Shown one piece after another: positions 8,344 through 17,525 of a stretch of 64,000 nt of DNA. This DNA is from Saccharofermentanales bacterium (GTDB lineage: Bacteria > Bacillota > Clostridia > Saccharofermentanales > DTU023), in contig JBMNTB010000002.1 of the NCBI GenBank assembly GCA_050945515.1, positions 9,431-73,430 of the forward strand, in the 5' to 3' direction. The notes beneath the pieces were generated by a model that saw only the letters and a list, made by a program, of their open reading frames with translations, ran no database searches and was not told the origin of the DNA. Each line of letters starts with the position of its first letter. Position 1 is the first letter of the stretch. The position numbers were made by a program, and so were the translations under genes.

Positions 8344-10734
8344 ATGGCTAAGTGTTCAATGTGCAAAATAAATGAGGCGGTTATTTTTACCTCTCGCTTT
8401 AATGGCAGCGAAAGGATAGATGAGGGGCTATGTTTGAAATGTGCCTGGGATACTAATATCGGGGGCATAGAGGAGATATTTGCCAGAGCCGGTATTAATG
8501 AATCAAATATAGATGAGCTCACAGAACGCATGAACCAAGTAATGGGTCAGATGTCCGGTCATAATACTGAAGACCTGCTCCGTATGCTGCTGGGCAATGA
8601 AGAAGCCTTGGACGGCTTCAGCTTGCTGAATGATCAAGAGGAGATAGAGGATACAGAAGATAATGACGAAAACGAGGAGGATAATCCTACAGGTCTGATA
8701 ACGGCGAATATCGGTGGCGACAGCAATGATCTGTTTGAAGTCAAGCGCAATATCGGAAACAGACAGCGTGAACGCCGGGAAAGAAGCCGCAAACGGAAGT
8801 TCCTGGATCAATTCGGAACCAATCTTACGGATCTAGCCAAAGCCGGCAAGATGGATCGCCTGGTCGGCAGAGAAAAAGAGATCAACAGAGTGATTCAGAT
8901 TTTGAATCGCCGCCAGAAGAATAATCCTGCTCTGATCGGAGAGCCGGGCGTAGGCAAGTCTGCTGTGGCAGAGGGTCTGGCAGTCCGGATTGCAGAAGGT
9001 AGGGTTCCTGTCAAATTGCTGGATGAAGAAGTCTATCTCCTGGATATGACAGCCATGGTAGCCGGCACGCAATTTCGCGGCCAGTTTGAGAGCAGGATGA
9101 AGGGCGTGGTGGATGATGCCAGGAGAGCGGGCAATATTATCCTAGTCATTGATGAGCTTCATAATATTATGGGTGCCGGTGATGCTGAGGGCGCTATGAA
9201 CGCTGCCAATATTCTTAAACCGGCGCTGGCCCGTGGTGAGATCAGAGTTATCGGCTCTACTACACTGGATGAGTATCGTCGTTTTATTGAAAAGGATTCC
9301 GCTCTGGAGCGCAGATTCCAAAGGGTTATAATTGATGAGCCATCTGAAGCGGATACTCTTGAGATCTTGCGTGGCATTAAGGACTATTACGAGCAGCACC
9401 ACAATGTTTATTACTCGGATTCTGTCTTGGAGACTGCAGTCAGGCTGTCAGCTCGCTATATTACTGAGCGCTATTTGCCGGATAAGGCGATTGATCTGCT
9501 GGATGAGGCGGGTTCCGAAGTCAATCTCAGAAACAGCCAACTGGTAGAACTGCATGACAGACAGCAAAAACATGAGGAATTGCTTCAGGCTACAGAAGAT
9601 CTGAATCGAAAACTGGGTGGTACCCTGGCAGAAGAAGACAGAGTCTCGCTTTACGAAGAGCAGGCAGCCATTAAATCCCAATTGCTGCGTCTGGAAAGTG
9701 AGCTGGCGGGATTACAGACAGCTGCTGAACCGGTCGCAGTCACCGAGAGGGATATCGCAGAGGTAGTGGAGATGTGGACCGGCATTCCCGTAACCAGGAT
9801 TTCTGAGACGGAATCTGAGCGTTTGCTGGGCCTGGAAGATAGGTTGCATCAGACAGTGATCGGCCAACAAGAAGCAGTATCAGCGGTAGCGCGTGCCATC
9901 AGGAGACAGAGGTCTGGTCTGGTCAACAGAAATAAACCTGCCTCATTTATCTTCGTCGGTCCGACCGGTGTCGGAAAAACGGAGCTGGCCAAAGCCGTTG
10001 CTGAAGCTATGTTCGATTCCCGGGAAGCTATTGTACGCCTCGACATGTCAGAATATATGGAACCGCATACGGTCAGCAAATTGATTGGTTCACCGCCTGG
10101 TTATGTCGGTTATGATGACGGCGGTCAGCTAACCGAACGCATCAGAAGAAAACCTTATAGTGTTATTCTGCTGGATGAGATAGAAAAAGCGCATGCAGAT
10201 GTTTTCAATATGCTGTTGCAAATACTGGACGAAGGACGTCTGACTGACAGCCACGGCCGTGTGGTGAACTTCTCCAACACATTGATTATTATGACCAGCA
10301 ATGCCGGAACCTCGTTTAAGGGACACACCATCGGCTTTGGCAATCAGGAGCATGAGGCTCTGACTAACCGGGTTCATACTGTGCTACGGGAGATGTTCAG
10401 ACCGGAATTTTTGAACAGGGTTGATGAAATTGTAGTTTTCCATGAATTATCTCCGAATGATTTAAGGCAGATTGTAGATCTGATGTTGGCTGAGATACAG
10501 GCTGATCTGGAATTCAAGGGACTGAAACTGATTGTGACGGATGCAGCCCGGGATGAGTTGGTCAAAGGCGGATATGATAAAAAATACGGAGCCAGGCCTT
10601 TGCGGCGCCTGATTACCAAGACAATAGAAGACAGATTAGCTGATCTGATGCTGTCCGGAGAACTGGAAGGGGCGGCGGGGATATCCTGCGACTTTGATCA
10701 GAGCAAAGGCGAGTATAACTTTGCCTGGATTTAG
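8344..10734 (+). CDS. clpE: ATP-dependent Clp protease ATP-binding subunit, ClpE-like (N-terminal zinc finger)
   Basis: The N-terminus has CSMC-x22-CLKC, the CX2CX22CX2C pattern. There are two AAA+ modules (GEPGVGKSA and GPTGVGKTE) and a ClpP-docking IGF loop (GHTIGFG). AGGGTGG precedes the ATG at 8344. Confidence 0.85.
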   Translation: MAKCSMCKINEAVIFTSRFNGSERIDEGLCLKCAWDTNIGGIEEIFARAGINESNIDELTERMNQVMGQMSGHNTEDLLRMLLGNEEALDGFSLLNDQEEIEDTEDNDENEEDNPTGLITANIGGDSNDLFEVKRNIGNRQRERRERSRKRKFLDQFGTNLTDLAKAGKMDRLVGREKEINRVIQILNRRQKNNPALIGEPGVGKSAVAEGLAVRIAEGRVPVKLLDEEVYLLDMTAMVAGTQFRGQFESRMKGVVDDARRAGNIILVIDELHNIMGAGDAEGAMNAANILKPALARGEIRVIGSTTLDEYRRFIEKDSALERRFQRVIIDEPSEADTLEILRGIKDYYEQHHNVYYSDSVLETAVRLSARYITERYLPDKAIDLLDEAGSEVNLRNSQLVELHDRQQKHEELLQATEDLNRKLGGTLAEEDRVSLYEEQAAIKSQLLRLESELAGLQTAAEPVAVTERDIAEVVEMWTGIPVTRISETESERLLGLEDRLHQTVIGQQEAVSAVARAIRRQRSGLVNRNKPASFIFVGPTGVGKTELAKAVAEAMFDSREAIVRLDMSEYMEPHTVSKLIGSPPGYVGYDDGGQLTERIRRKPYSVILLDEIEKAHADVFNMLLQILDEGRLTDSHGRVVNFSNTLIIMTSNAGTSFKGHTIGFGNQEHEALTNRVHTVLREMFRPEFLNRVDEIVVFHELSPNDLRQIVDLMLAEIQADLEFKGLKLIVTDAARDELVKGGYDKKYGARPLRRLITKTIEDRLADLMLSGELEGAAGISCDFDQSKGEYNFAWI

Positions 10735-10866
10735 TATGGCCGGGCGAAGAAGAGCATAGCGCAATTTAAGCTGAGCTAAGGACGTGGAAAGTCTGGCAGC
10801 AGTAATATTATAGTATAGTGGTCCAAGCCATTCCGGCTAAGTGCACTAATTGGATTAGGTCTAGAG

Positions 10867-11262
10867 ATGGTATGGGAAGCAAGATTTTTACTTCAGGGTG
10901 GACAGGAAAATTCGACTTCTGATCTGTCGCAGATTGTGACGATACTAGTCAATACTCTGATTCTGTTATTTCTCGCTGTCGCCGTGACGGCGGCGATCAG
11001 CTACTATTTACGGCGCCTGTCTAAAGTTACTTTACTGGAGTCATTTCACGAGCTGTTGGGTGAGAAGGTGATTGTTACCAAGACTGCCGGTCCCGAAACA
11101 ACCGGTGAGTTCCGTTCTGACAGTGGTGAAGAAGGTCAATGTCTGGCCAGCGAATGGATCTATCCCGGAATGCCTGCCCGTATCACCAATTATCGTGACG
11201 GCATCTACAAAATCAGGCCTTTGCATGTTGATTACCGTGATTTGAGCTCAAAAAACAAATAG
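10867..11262 (+). CDS. hypothetical membrane protein, possibly NfeD-like (TM plus C-terminal OB-like segment)
   Basis: The 131 aa protein has one clear TM segment (IVTILVNTLILLFLAVAVTAAI). Its C-terminus, GEKVIVTKTAGP..GEF..DSGEEGQCLASEWIYPGMPARI, loosely resembles the short NfeD pattern. Confidence 0.4.
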   Translation: MVWEARFLLQGGQENSTSDLSQIVTILVNTLILLFLAVAVTAAISYYLRRLSKVTLLESFHELLGEKVIVTKTAGPETTGEFRSDSGEEGQCLASEWIYPGMPARITNYRDGIYKIRPLHVDYRDLSSKNK

Positions 11263-11316
11263 AGCGACTGCAATGATGTCGTACGAACAAGGCTTTTGCC
11301 AACAAAGGAGATGACC

Positions 11317-12681
11317 ATGTTAAAGTTAGATCTGAACTATCTGCAAGACTTCTTGTCTATGGCTGAGATTGAGGCTATGGAACCTTTGCTATTGTCCAGC
11401 CGGCAGACCCTTGAAAACAAAACAGGGCCGGGTGCGGAATATCTGGGCTGGCTGGATTTGCCGGTCAATTATGACCGCGCTGAATTTGCCGCCATCAAAG
11501 AGGCTTCAGCTGTGATCAATGAGCAAAGTGATGTTCTGATTGTATGCGGTATCGGCGGTTCATATCTTGGTGCGCGGGCTGTAATTGAAGCTTTGACGGA
11601 TCCTTTCTCTGCGCTCAAATCAAGTGGCAAACGGCAGCATCCCCTTGTGCTTTATGCCGGACATCAGCTTAGCGGCTCATATTTGAAAAATCTGCTGGCT
11701 GCCTTAGAGGACCGACGGGTTTCAGTCAATATGATTTCAAAATCCGGAACGACAACTGAGCCGGCAATTGCCTTTAGGGTGTTAGAGCAGTGGATGCGGG
11801 AGCGATACGGAGCTGAGGGAGCCAGAAAGAGAATTTACGCCACAACCGACAGGCAAAGGGGAGCACTGAAACAACTGGCTGATGAGCGCGGTTATCAGAC
11901 CTTTGTGGTACCTGATGATATTGGCGGGCGCTATTCAGTTTTGACTGCGGTAGGATTACTGCCAATAGCTGTTGCCGGTATTTCGCTTGATGAGCTTATG
12001 GCGGGGGCTGCCGCGGCCAGAGACAGATATGCCGGACAAGAACTGCGGCAAAATGATTGTGATCTGTATGCGGTAGTGAGAAATATTCTGCAAAAGAGGG
12101 GCTATACTACCGAGATTCTGGTCAGTTATGAGCCTGGCCTGCAGTACTTCAGTGAATGGTGGAAGCAATTGTACGGTGAGAGTGAGGGCAAGGATGGACG
12201 CGGTCTATTTCCTGCCAGCATGAGCTTTACTACTGATCTGCATTCTTTGGGCCAGTATGTTCAGGATGGGCGCCGGATTCTCATGGAGACGGTGCTGCAG
12301 GTGGAGACGGCCCAAGAGGATATCGTCATTCAGAGCAGTGCTGAGGATCAGGATGGTCTGAATTATCTGGCCGGCAAAACAATGAGTGAAATCAACCGCA
12401 TGGCTCTATATGGCACAGCTATGGCTCATGTAGCAGGCGGTGTGCCTGTCCAATTGTTGAAACTGTCTGAGTTGTCAGCTTTTGTTCTGGGCGAATTAAT
12501 CTATTTTTTCCAGAAAGCCTGCGCTGTCAGCGGCTATCTCAATGCTGTCAATCCTTTTAATCAGCCCGGGGTTGAGAGTTATAAGCGCAATATGTATGCA
12601 CTGCTGGGCAAGCCCGGCTTTGAAGCCGAAAGGTTGAAGTTGGAAAAACGTCTGTCCGCCGAGGGTTCTGATCTTAGATGA
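11317..12681 (+). CDS. pgi: glucose-6-phosphate isomerase (short Firmicutes type)
   Basis: Motifs seen: VCGIGGSYLGARA, ISKSGTTTEP, DDIGGRYSVLTAVGLLP, YGESEGK. AAGGAG lies 7 nt before the ATG at 11317. Confidence 0.92.
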   Translation: MLKLDLNYLQDFLSMAEIEAMEPLLLSSRQTLENKTGPGAEYLGWLDLPVNYDRAEFAAIKEASAVINEQSDVLIVCGIGGSYLGARAVIEALTDPFSALKSSGKRQHPLVLYAGHQLSGSYLKNLLAALEDRRVSVNMISKSGTTTEPAIAFRVLEQWMRERYGAEGARKRIYATTDRQRGALKQLADERGYQTFVVPDDIGGRYSVLTAVGLLPIAVAGISLDELMAGAAAARDRYAGQELRQNDCDLYAVVRNILQKRGYTTEILVSYEPGLQYFSEWWKQLYGESEGKDGRGLFPASMSFTTDLHSLGQYVQDGRRILMETVLQVETAQEDIVIQSSAEDQDGLNYLAGKTMSEINRMALYGTAMAHVAGGVPVQLLKLSELSAFVLGELIYFFQKACAVSGYLNAVNPFNQPGVESYKRNMYALLGKPGFEAERLKLEKRLSAEGSDLR

Positions 12682-15296
12682 AGCTGCCGATTCCTCGAGA
12701 AATCCTGAGACAGATTGAAAAACCTGCCCGTTATCTAGGCGGAGAATGGAATCAGATTGACAAATCCGGCTTGCCGGAAGAGAATCAGCTGATCCATTTT
12801 GCCTTTTGTTTTCCGGATATTTACGAGATTGGCATGTCCAATCTGGCTTTGCGCATTATTTATGATCTGATCAACCGACGCGAGGATGCTTGGTGTGAAA
12901 GAGTATTTGCCCCCGCTCCTGATTTCCGCGCTGAGCTTAAAGCACATGGTATTCCTCTGCTTTCGTTGGAAAGTGGCAGAGCACTGGCGGATTTTGACAT
13001 AGTAGGTTTCACATTGCAGTATGAGCTGTCTTATACTGCCGTACTCGATATGCTTGATCTGGCCGGAATTCCTCTGAGATCCTCTGAACGAGCAGAATCC
13101 GATCCGCTGGTCTGGGGTGGCGGCCCGCTGATTGTCAATGTAGAACCGATGGCTGCCTTTTTCGATCTCTTTATGCTGGGTGAGGGCGAAGAGATGATCA
13201 GTGCGCTGCTGGATCTCTATCAGAGTTGGCGGCGGAAGCCTAATCGCCAAAAACAGGATTTTCTGCTGGAAGCTGCTCGGATCCCGGGGGTATATGTTCC
13301 GGCTTTTTATGATGTCTGTTATTTACCTGATGGGAAGGTAGAGTCGATTGTGCCCAATCGGCCGGGAATTTCACCTCGGATCAGAAGGCAGATTATCGAG
13401 ACGCTCGATTATTCTACTTTCCCGGAAAGACAGATTGTTCCTTTTATAGAGATTGTTCATGACCGGATGTACCTGGAGGTTTTCCGTGGCTGCCCGCGCG
13501 GCTGCCGCTTCTGCCAGGCAGGCATGATTTACCGCCCGGTCCGTGAGCGCAGTTGGCAAAAGCTTACCGAGCTGGCTGCCACACTCTATGAAGCGACCGG
13601 CTATGATGAGATCGGTCTGCTCTCGCTCAGTAGCAGCGACTACTCGGAAATTGACGCTCTGACTGCAGCTTTGGTAGCGGATCTGACTGAGGATAAGGTA
13701 AATATTTCCCTGCCGTCACTCAGGCTGGACAGTTTTGATTTCGAGTTGATGACTAGGATTTCTGCTACTCGCAAGGCAGGTTTAACTTTTGCTCCGGAAG
13801 CCGGGACACAGCGCCTGCGCGATGTGATCAATAAGAATATCACGGAAGAGGATTTGCTCTCTGCGGCTCAAACAGCCTTTGCCGGCGGTTGGAACCGTCT
13901 GAAACTCTATTTTATGCTGGGTTTGCCAACAGAAACCAGGGAGGACGTAGCAGCTATTGCTACATTGACTTATCAACTGCTGGAGATCTATCAGGAGTTG
14001 GCCAAGCTGGAAAAGCTGCGCAAACCCCAGATTACTGTGAGCACGGCCATGTTTATTCCCAAGCCCTTTACACCTTTCCAATGGGTAGCTCAGGCCAGTC
14101 CCGAGTTGATGGCGGAACATCAGCAATTGTTGGCTGATGAACTCAAGAGTAGGGTCATCAGTTATCAATGGCATGATTTCGGCAGCAGTGTGATTGAAGC
14201 AGTTCTGGCCAGGGGTGACAGGCGCCTGAGTGAAGTGATTTTTCGCAGCTGGCAGGCGGGAGGTTATCGCGATAGCTGGCGCGAAGGCTTTGATTTTTCC
14301 CGGTGGCAGAAAGCTATGGCCGATTCCGGGCTGACAATCGGGCATTATACCGGCAGCAGAAACAGACACGAAGTTTTGCCTTGGGATCATCTGGATATTG
14401 GGGTAGATAAGGACTTTCTCTGGGAGGAATATGAGAAGGCTCTGCGAGCGGAAACGACCGCCGAATGTCGGGAATCCTGTAGTCACTGCGGCGCCGAGAC
14501 CTATCGCTGCGGTGTCTGTATGGAACGCGCAGTACCAAAAAGCCGCAGACAGCAGTCAAACTCATCATTTGACGAAGACGCCGACAGGCACTCCGTCACT
14601 CCTAGTGTTAGGAAAAATTTGTTTCCGGAGCGGTGTGAGGGTACGGAATGGCGACTTAGATTAACCTATTGTCGTTCAGGTGTACCTGCCTGGTTGGGGC
14701 ATCTCGATATGATGCGGACGATGGAACGTCTTTTCAAGCGGGCTGATTTGCCGCTGGCCTGGTCGGAGGGTTTTAACCCGCGTCCGCTGATTGTCTTTGC
14801 CTTGCCGGCCGGAGTTGGTATCGAGCTGAAAGCGGATCTTTGTGAAGTAACTTTGAGGTCAGAATTAGTGCCGAACCCGGAACAGCTGTTATTGAGACTA
14901 AATGACGCGGCACCGCAAGGGATAGCCTTCGTTAAAGGCGAAATCAGAACAGAAACGGAACGCAGTCTAATGGCTCAGGTCCAGCAGGCGGAATACTGTT
15001 TTCACGCCCCGGCTATCGGCCCTGCTATCGCCGAACTGTTTGCCGGTTCCGGTCCTTTGCCGGTTTTGAAATATAGTAAAAGAGGTGAGAGGGAGATTGA
15101 TATCAGGCCGTTATTGCTGAAACTGATTTCTTGGTCGGAGGATGAGGCTTTGCTGCTGGCGAGGGCCGGCAGTGCGGCTAATCTGCGACCGGATTTGTTT
15201 TTGCAAGCTTTATGTCGGGAGACAGGCTATTCCGAGTTTGAGGCCGGCCGAGCCAGGATTGTCAGAGAGCACTTGGTGCTGAATTCTGAGACATGA
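12678..15296 (+). CDS. B12-binding-domain radical SAM protein fused to a radical-SAM-associated DUF2344-like domain
   Basis: CPRGCRFC (CX3CX2C) lies at nt 13491-13514. The N-terminal Rossmann-like region and the C-terminal LRLTYCRSGVPAWLGHLDMMRTMERLFKRADLPLAWSEGFNPRP match the TIGR03960/TIGR03936-type pair as I remember it. The start overlaps the pgi stop as ATGA. Confidence 0.8.
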   Translation: MKLPIPREILRQIEKPARYLGGEWNQIDKSGLPEENQLIHFAFCFPDIYEIGMSNLALRIIYDLINRREDAWCERVFAPAPDFRAELKAHGIPLLSLESGRALADFDIVGFTLQYELSYTAVLDMLDLAGIPLRSSERAESDPLVWGGGPLIVNVEPMAAFFDLFMLGEGEEMISALLDLYQSWRRKPNRQKQDFLLEAARIPGVYVPAFYDVCYLPDGKVESIVPNRPGISPRIRRQIIETLDYSTFPERQIVPFIEIVHDRMYLEVFRGCPRGCRFCQAGMIYRPVRERSWQKLTELAATLYEATGYDEIGLLSLSSSDYSEIDALTAALVADLTEDKVNISLPSLRLDSFDFELMTRISATRKAGLTFAPEAGTQRLRDVINKNITEEDLLSAAQTAFAGGWNRLKLYFMLGLPTETREDVAAIATLTYQLLEIYQELAKLEKLRKPQITVSTAMFIPKPFTPFQWVAQASPELMAEHQQLLADELKSRVISYQWHDFGSSVIEAVLARGDRRLSEVIFRSWQAGGYRDSWREGFDFSRWQKAMADSGLTIGHYTGSRNRHEVLPWDHLDIGVDKDFLWEEYEKALRAETTAECRESCSHCGAETYRCGVCMERAVPKSRRQQSNSSFDEDADRHSVTPSVRKNLFPERCEGTEWRLRLTYCRSGVPAWLGHLDMMRTMERLFKRADLPLAWSEGFNPRPLIVFALPAGVGIELKADLCEVTLRSELVPNPEQLLLRLNDAAPQGIAFVKGEIRTETERSLMAQVQQAEYCFHAPAIGPAIAELFAGSGPLPVLKYSKRGEREIDIRPLLLKLISWSEDEALLLARAGSAANLRPDLFLQALCRETGYSEFEAGRARIVREHLVLNSET

Positions 15297-15341
15297 GAGG
15301 CAAAAATTGTGTATAGTGGTCTAATGGATAGGGGTGACTGA

Positions 15342-17525
15342 ATGTCGGAGAGTAATTTTCGTCTGCCAGGCTATTTTGCTACCGGGATGGTGATTCAGCA
15401 GAAGGTTCCGTTACGGGTGCCTGGTATTTGCGTGCCCGAACAGGAAGTGAGCATCAGTCTGTTTCGCCAGCCTGCCGATGGGCATATCTTTACTGCTCTT
15501 GAAACCCAGTATGGCTTGATCTATGAGGATAAGGACCGTTCTGATCGTTACGGCCGCTTTAATTTTAAGCTGCCTGCTTTGGAAGCCTCGCTGGATCCGT
15601 GTACATTGATACTTTCATGTGCGGGCGCAAATCTGCAAATCGAAGATATTCTCGTAGGGGAAATCTGGTTTGCGGCAGGCCAGGATAATATGGCGATGCC
15701 GGTGGCGAGTTGTGATCTGGCTCTGCGTTTGGATCTGACTGCCATCATGAATCATATCAGGATTTTCGCCATGGCTGAGGATGGTCTGGACGATAATATG
15801 CCGCAGTACAGTTATTATCCGGTGGGCTATATTGCTTCCGGACGCTGGTACCGGGGGAGCCATCCGGAAGAGATGGCCGTTGTCTCAGGTATTGCCTATT
15901 CTTTTGCCCTGAAGCTGGAAGAACAGTTGCTGCTGCCGATTGGCATTTATGATATGGCCTGTGCGGGAACATATATTCATAGCTGGCTGCCCCGGGAGAT
16001 TATAGAGCAGGATCCCTATCTAAAAAACCATGTGCGCGAATTGCATCTGTATCGTGATCAGGACAATTGGAATAGTGCTAATCCTGCTAAGAAAAAGTCG
16101 GGGAATCAAGAGGATTCTATTGCCCAGGAAAAGCGGGCAGTGCGCCGACTAAATCTGAAAGATAATCTTGAGGTACCGCAAAGCGGCAACTTTCAGACGA
16201 GATATCAACCTGCCACAATGTTTAACCATAAATTGGCGCCTTTTATTGGACTGGGTGTGCGTGGTGTGCTCTGGTATCAGGGAGAGAGCGATGCTGACAG
16301 TCCGGATTATTATACCAGAGCTTTTCCTGTGCTGGTCTCAGCTCTGAAAGAGATGTTTGTGGCGCCTGAGAATGATTTGTGCTTAATCTATAGCCAGATC
16401 GCTGCCTATTGCTATCCGGGTGCTGATGCCAGGACTGTTGTGTCATTTAATGAGGCGCTCAGCAACTTAAGACGTAAGCTTCCGATCAAGGCCGGTATGG
16501 TAACTATCTCAGATCTGCCCTTGACTTATAACCGACGTAATGAGACTTACCGTTATCCGGCACATCCGGTAGCTAAAGAAGCGGTTGGCCGGCGCATGGC
16601 TAATATAGCTTTGGGTCTTGCTTATGGCTATGATTTGCCCTCTTCCTCACCGGAACCAACAGCCGTGGAAAAGGTGGGCAATAAATTCATGATTGATTTT
16701 GATAAGTTCGGCAAAGCGGCACAGGGCTTGATTCTGCGTCCGGGAACACATAATTTGGAGGGTTTTGCTATTTGCGGTTCGGAGCGAATTTTTGTCAAAG
16801 CCAGAGCCAGAATTCTATATGGCGTTAAGGTTATCGTCTGGCATGATGAACTGGCAGATCCGGTATCCCTGACTTATGCTTATGCCAATTTCAACCGTGA
16901 GGCTAATCTGACAGGACCTGACGGTATGCCCGTTCCGGCTTTTCGTCTTGATATGGATCCGGCTGATCATTATGAGCCTCAGGTCTGGATGAAATGCGAT
17001 CGGATAACGGATTTCGCTTGGGCTGAGCTCTTGCCTGATCCGGCGCGAATTCCCGAGCATGATTGGCCGGGAGAAAGAGAGCTCTGGACTATCAGTTCAG
17101 GCCGGGGTGAATTAAAACTGGTTCCCAGCCACGAGAATGAAGCTTTAAAAACGATTAAGGCTGAATACAGAAATGCCGATGAGCGTCCTTTGGTAATGGA
17201 ACCGCAATTGGGATATGCCTCATCTTACCCGCCGCTGAATTTGTCCGGCTGGGGGGAGCTGGAGATCCTGCTTCATAATCCGGATCTCGGGGAGAAAAAA
17301 CTGGGACTTGAGATGGAGGATGAAAATCAGGTAGTCTATATCTTCCCGGAATGTCTGATTCAGCAGCAACCGAATTTGCAGGTCGCGAGATTTAATCTTA
17401 GTGCAGCTCAGTTGAATCTGGAGCGGATAGTCCGTATTTCTTTCGCCATTCAAGATCCGGGTGGGAAAGGCAGTTTGGATTTTGAGGGTATTACAACTTC
17501 TAGGAGACAGATATGGCAAGAATAG
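15342..17525 (+). CDS. sialate O-acetylesterase (SASA)-like carbohydrate esterase homologue with a substituted nucleophile position
   Basis: GEIWFAAGQDNM aligns to the canonical G..W.csGQSNM, and LWYQGESDA and HPVAKEAVGRRMA to the other SASA blocks. AGGGGTGA lies upstream. Confidence 0.65.
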   Translation: MSESNFRLPGYFATGMVIQQKVPLRVPGICVPEQEVSISLFRQPADGHIFTALETQYGLIYEDKDRSDRYGRFNFKLPALEASLDPCTLILSCAGANLQIEDILVGEIWFAAGQDNMAMPVASCDLALRLDLTAIMNHIRIFAMAEDGLDDNMPQYSYYPVGYIASGRWYRGSHPEEMAVVSGIAYSFALKLEEQLLLPIGIYDMACAGTYIHSWLPREIIEQDPYLKNHVRELHLYRDQDNWNSANPAKKKSGNQEDSIAQEKRAVRRLNLKDNLEVPQSGNFQTRYQPATMFNHKLAPFIGLGVRGVLWYQGESDADSPDYYTRAFPVLVSALKEMFVAPENDLCLIYSQIAAYCYPGADARTVVSFNEALSNLRRKLPIKAGMVTISDLPLTYNRRNETYRYPAHPVAKEAVGRRMANIALGLAYGYDLPSSSPEPTAVEKVGNKFMIDFDKFGKAAQGLILRPGTHNLEGFAICGSERIFVKARARILYGVKVIVWHDELADPVSLTYAYANFNREANLTGPDGMPVPAFRLDMDPADHYEPQVWMKCDRITDFAWAELLPDPARIPEHDWPGERELWTISSGRGELKLVPSHENEALKTIKAEYRNADERPLVMEPQLGYASSYPPLNLSGWGELEILLHNPDLGEKKLGLEMEDENQVVYIFPECLIQQQPNLQVARFNLSAAQLNLERIVRISFAIQDPGGKGSLDFEGITTSRRQIWQE

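Noticed and set aside
10838-10853. Palindrome taagtgcactaa upstream of ORF 10867, considered as a CIRCE/HrcA-like operator
   Set aside because: Only the 8-bp core agtgcact is palindromic. CIRCE is TTAGCACTC-N9-GAGTGCTAA, and there is no second arm.
12735-13250. 171-aa ORF antisense to the 5' part of the radical SAM gene
   Set aside because: Same reasoning: no start context, no motifs, and it overlaps a supported CDS.
13782-14486. 234-aa ORF antisense to the radical SAM gene
   Set aside because: It lies entirely inside a well-supported + strand CDS. It has no Shine-Dalgarno sequence and a low-complexity Pro/Gly/Ser-rich translation with no recognisable motif. This is typical of a shadow ORF.
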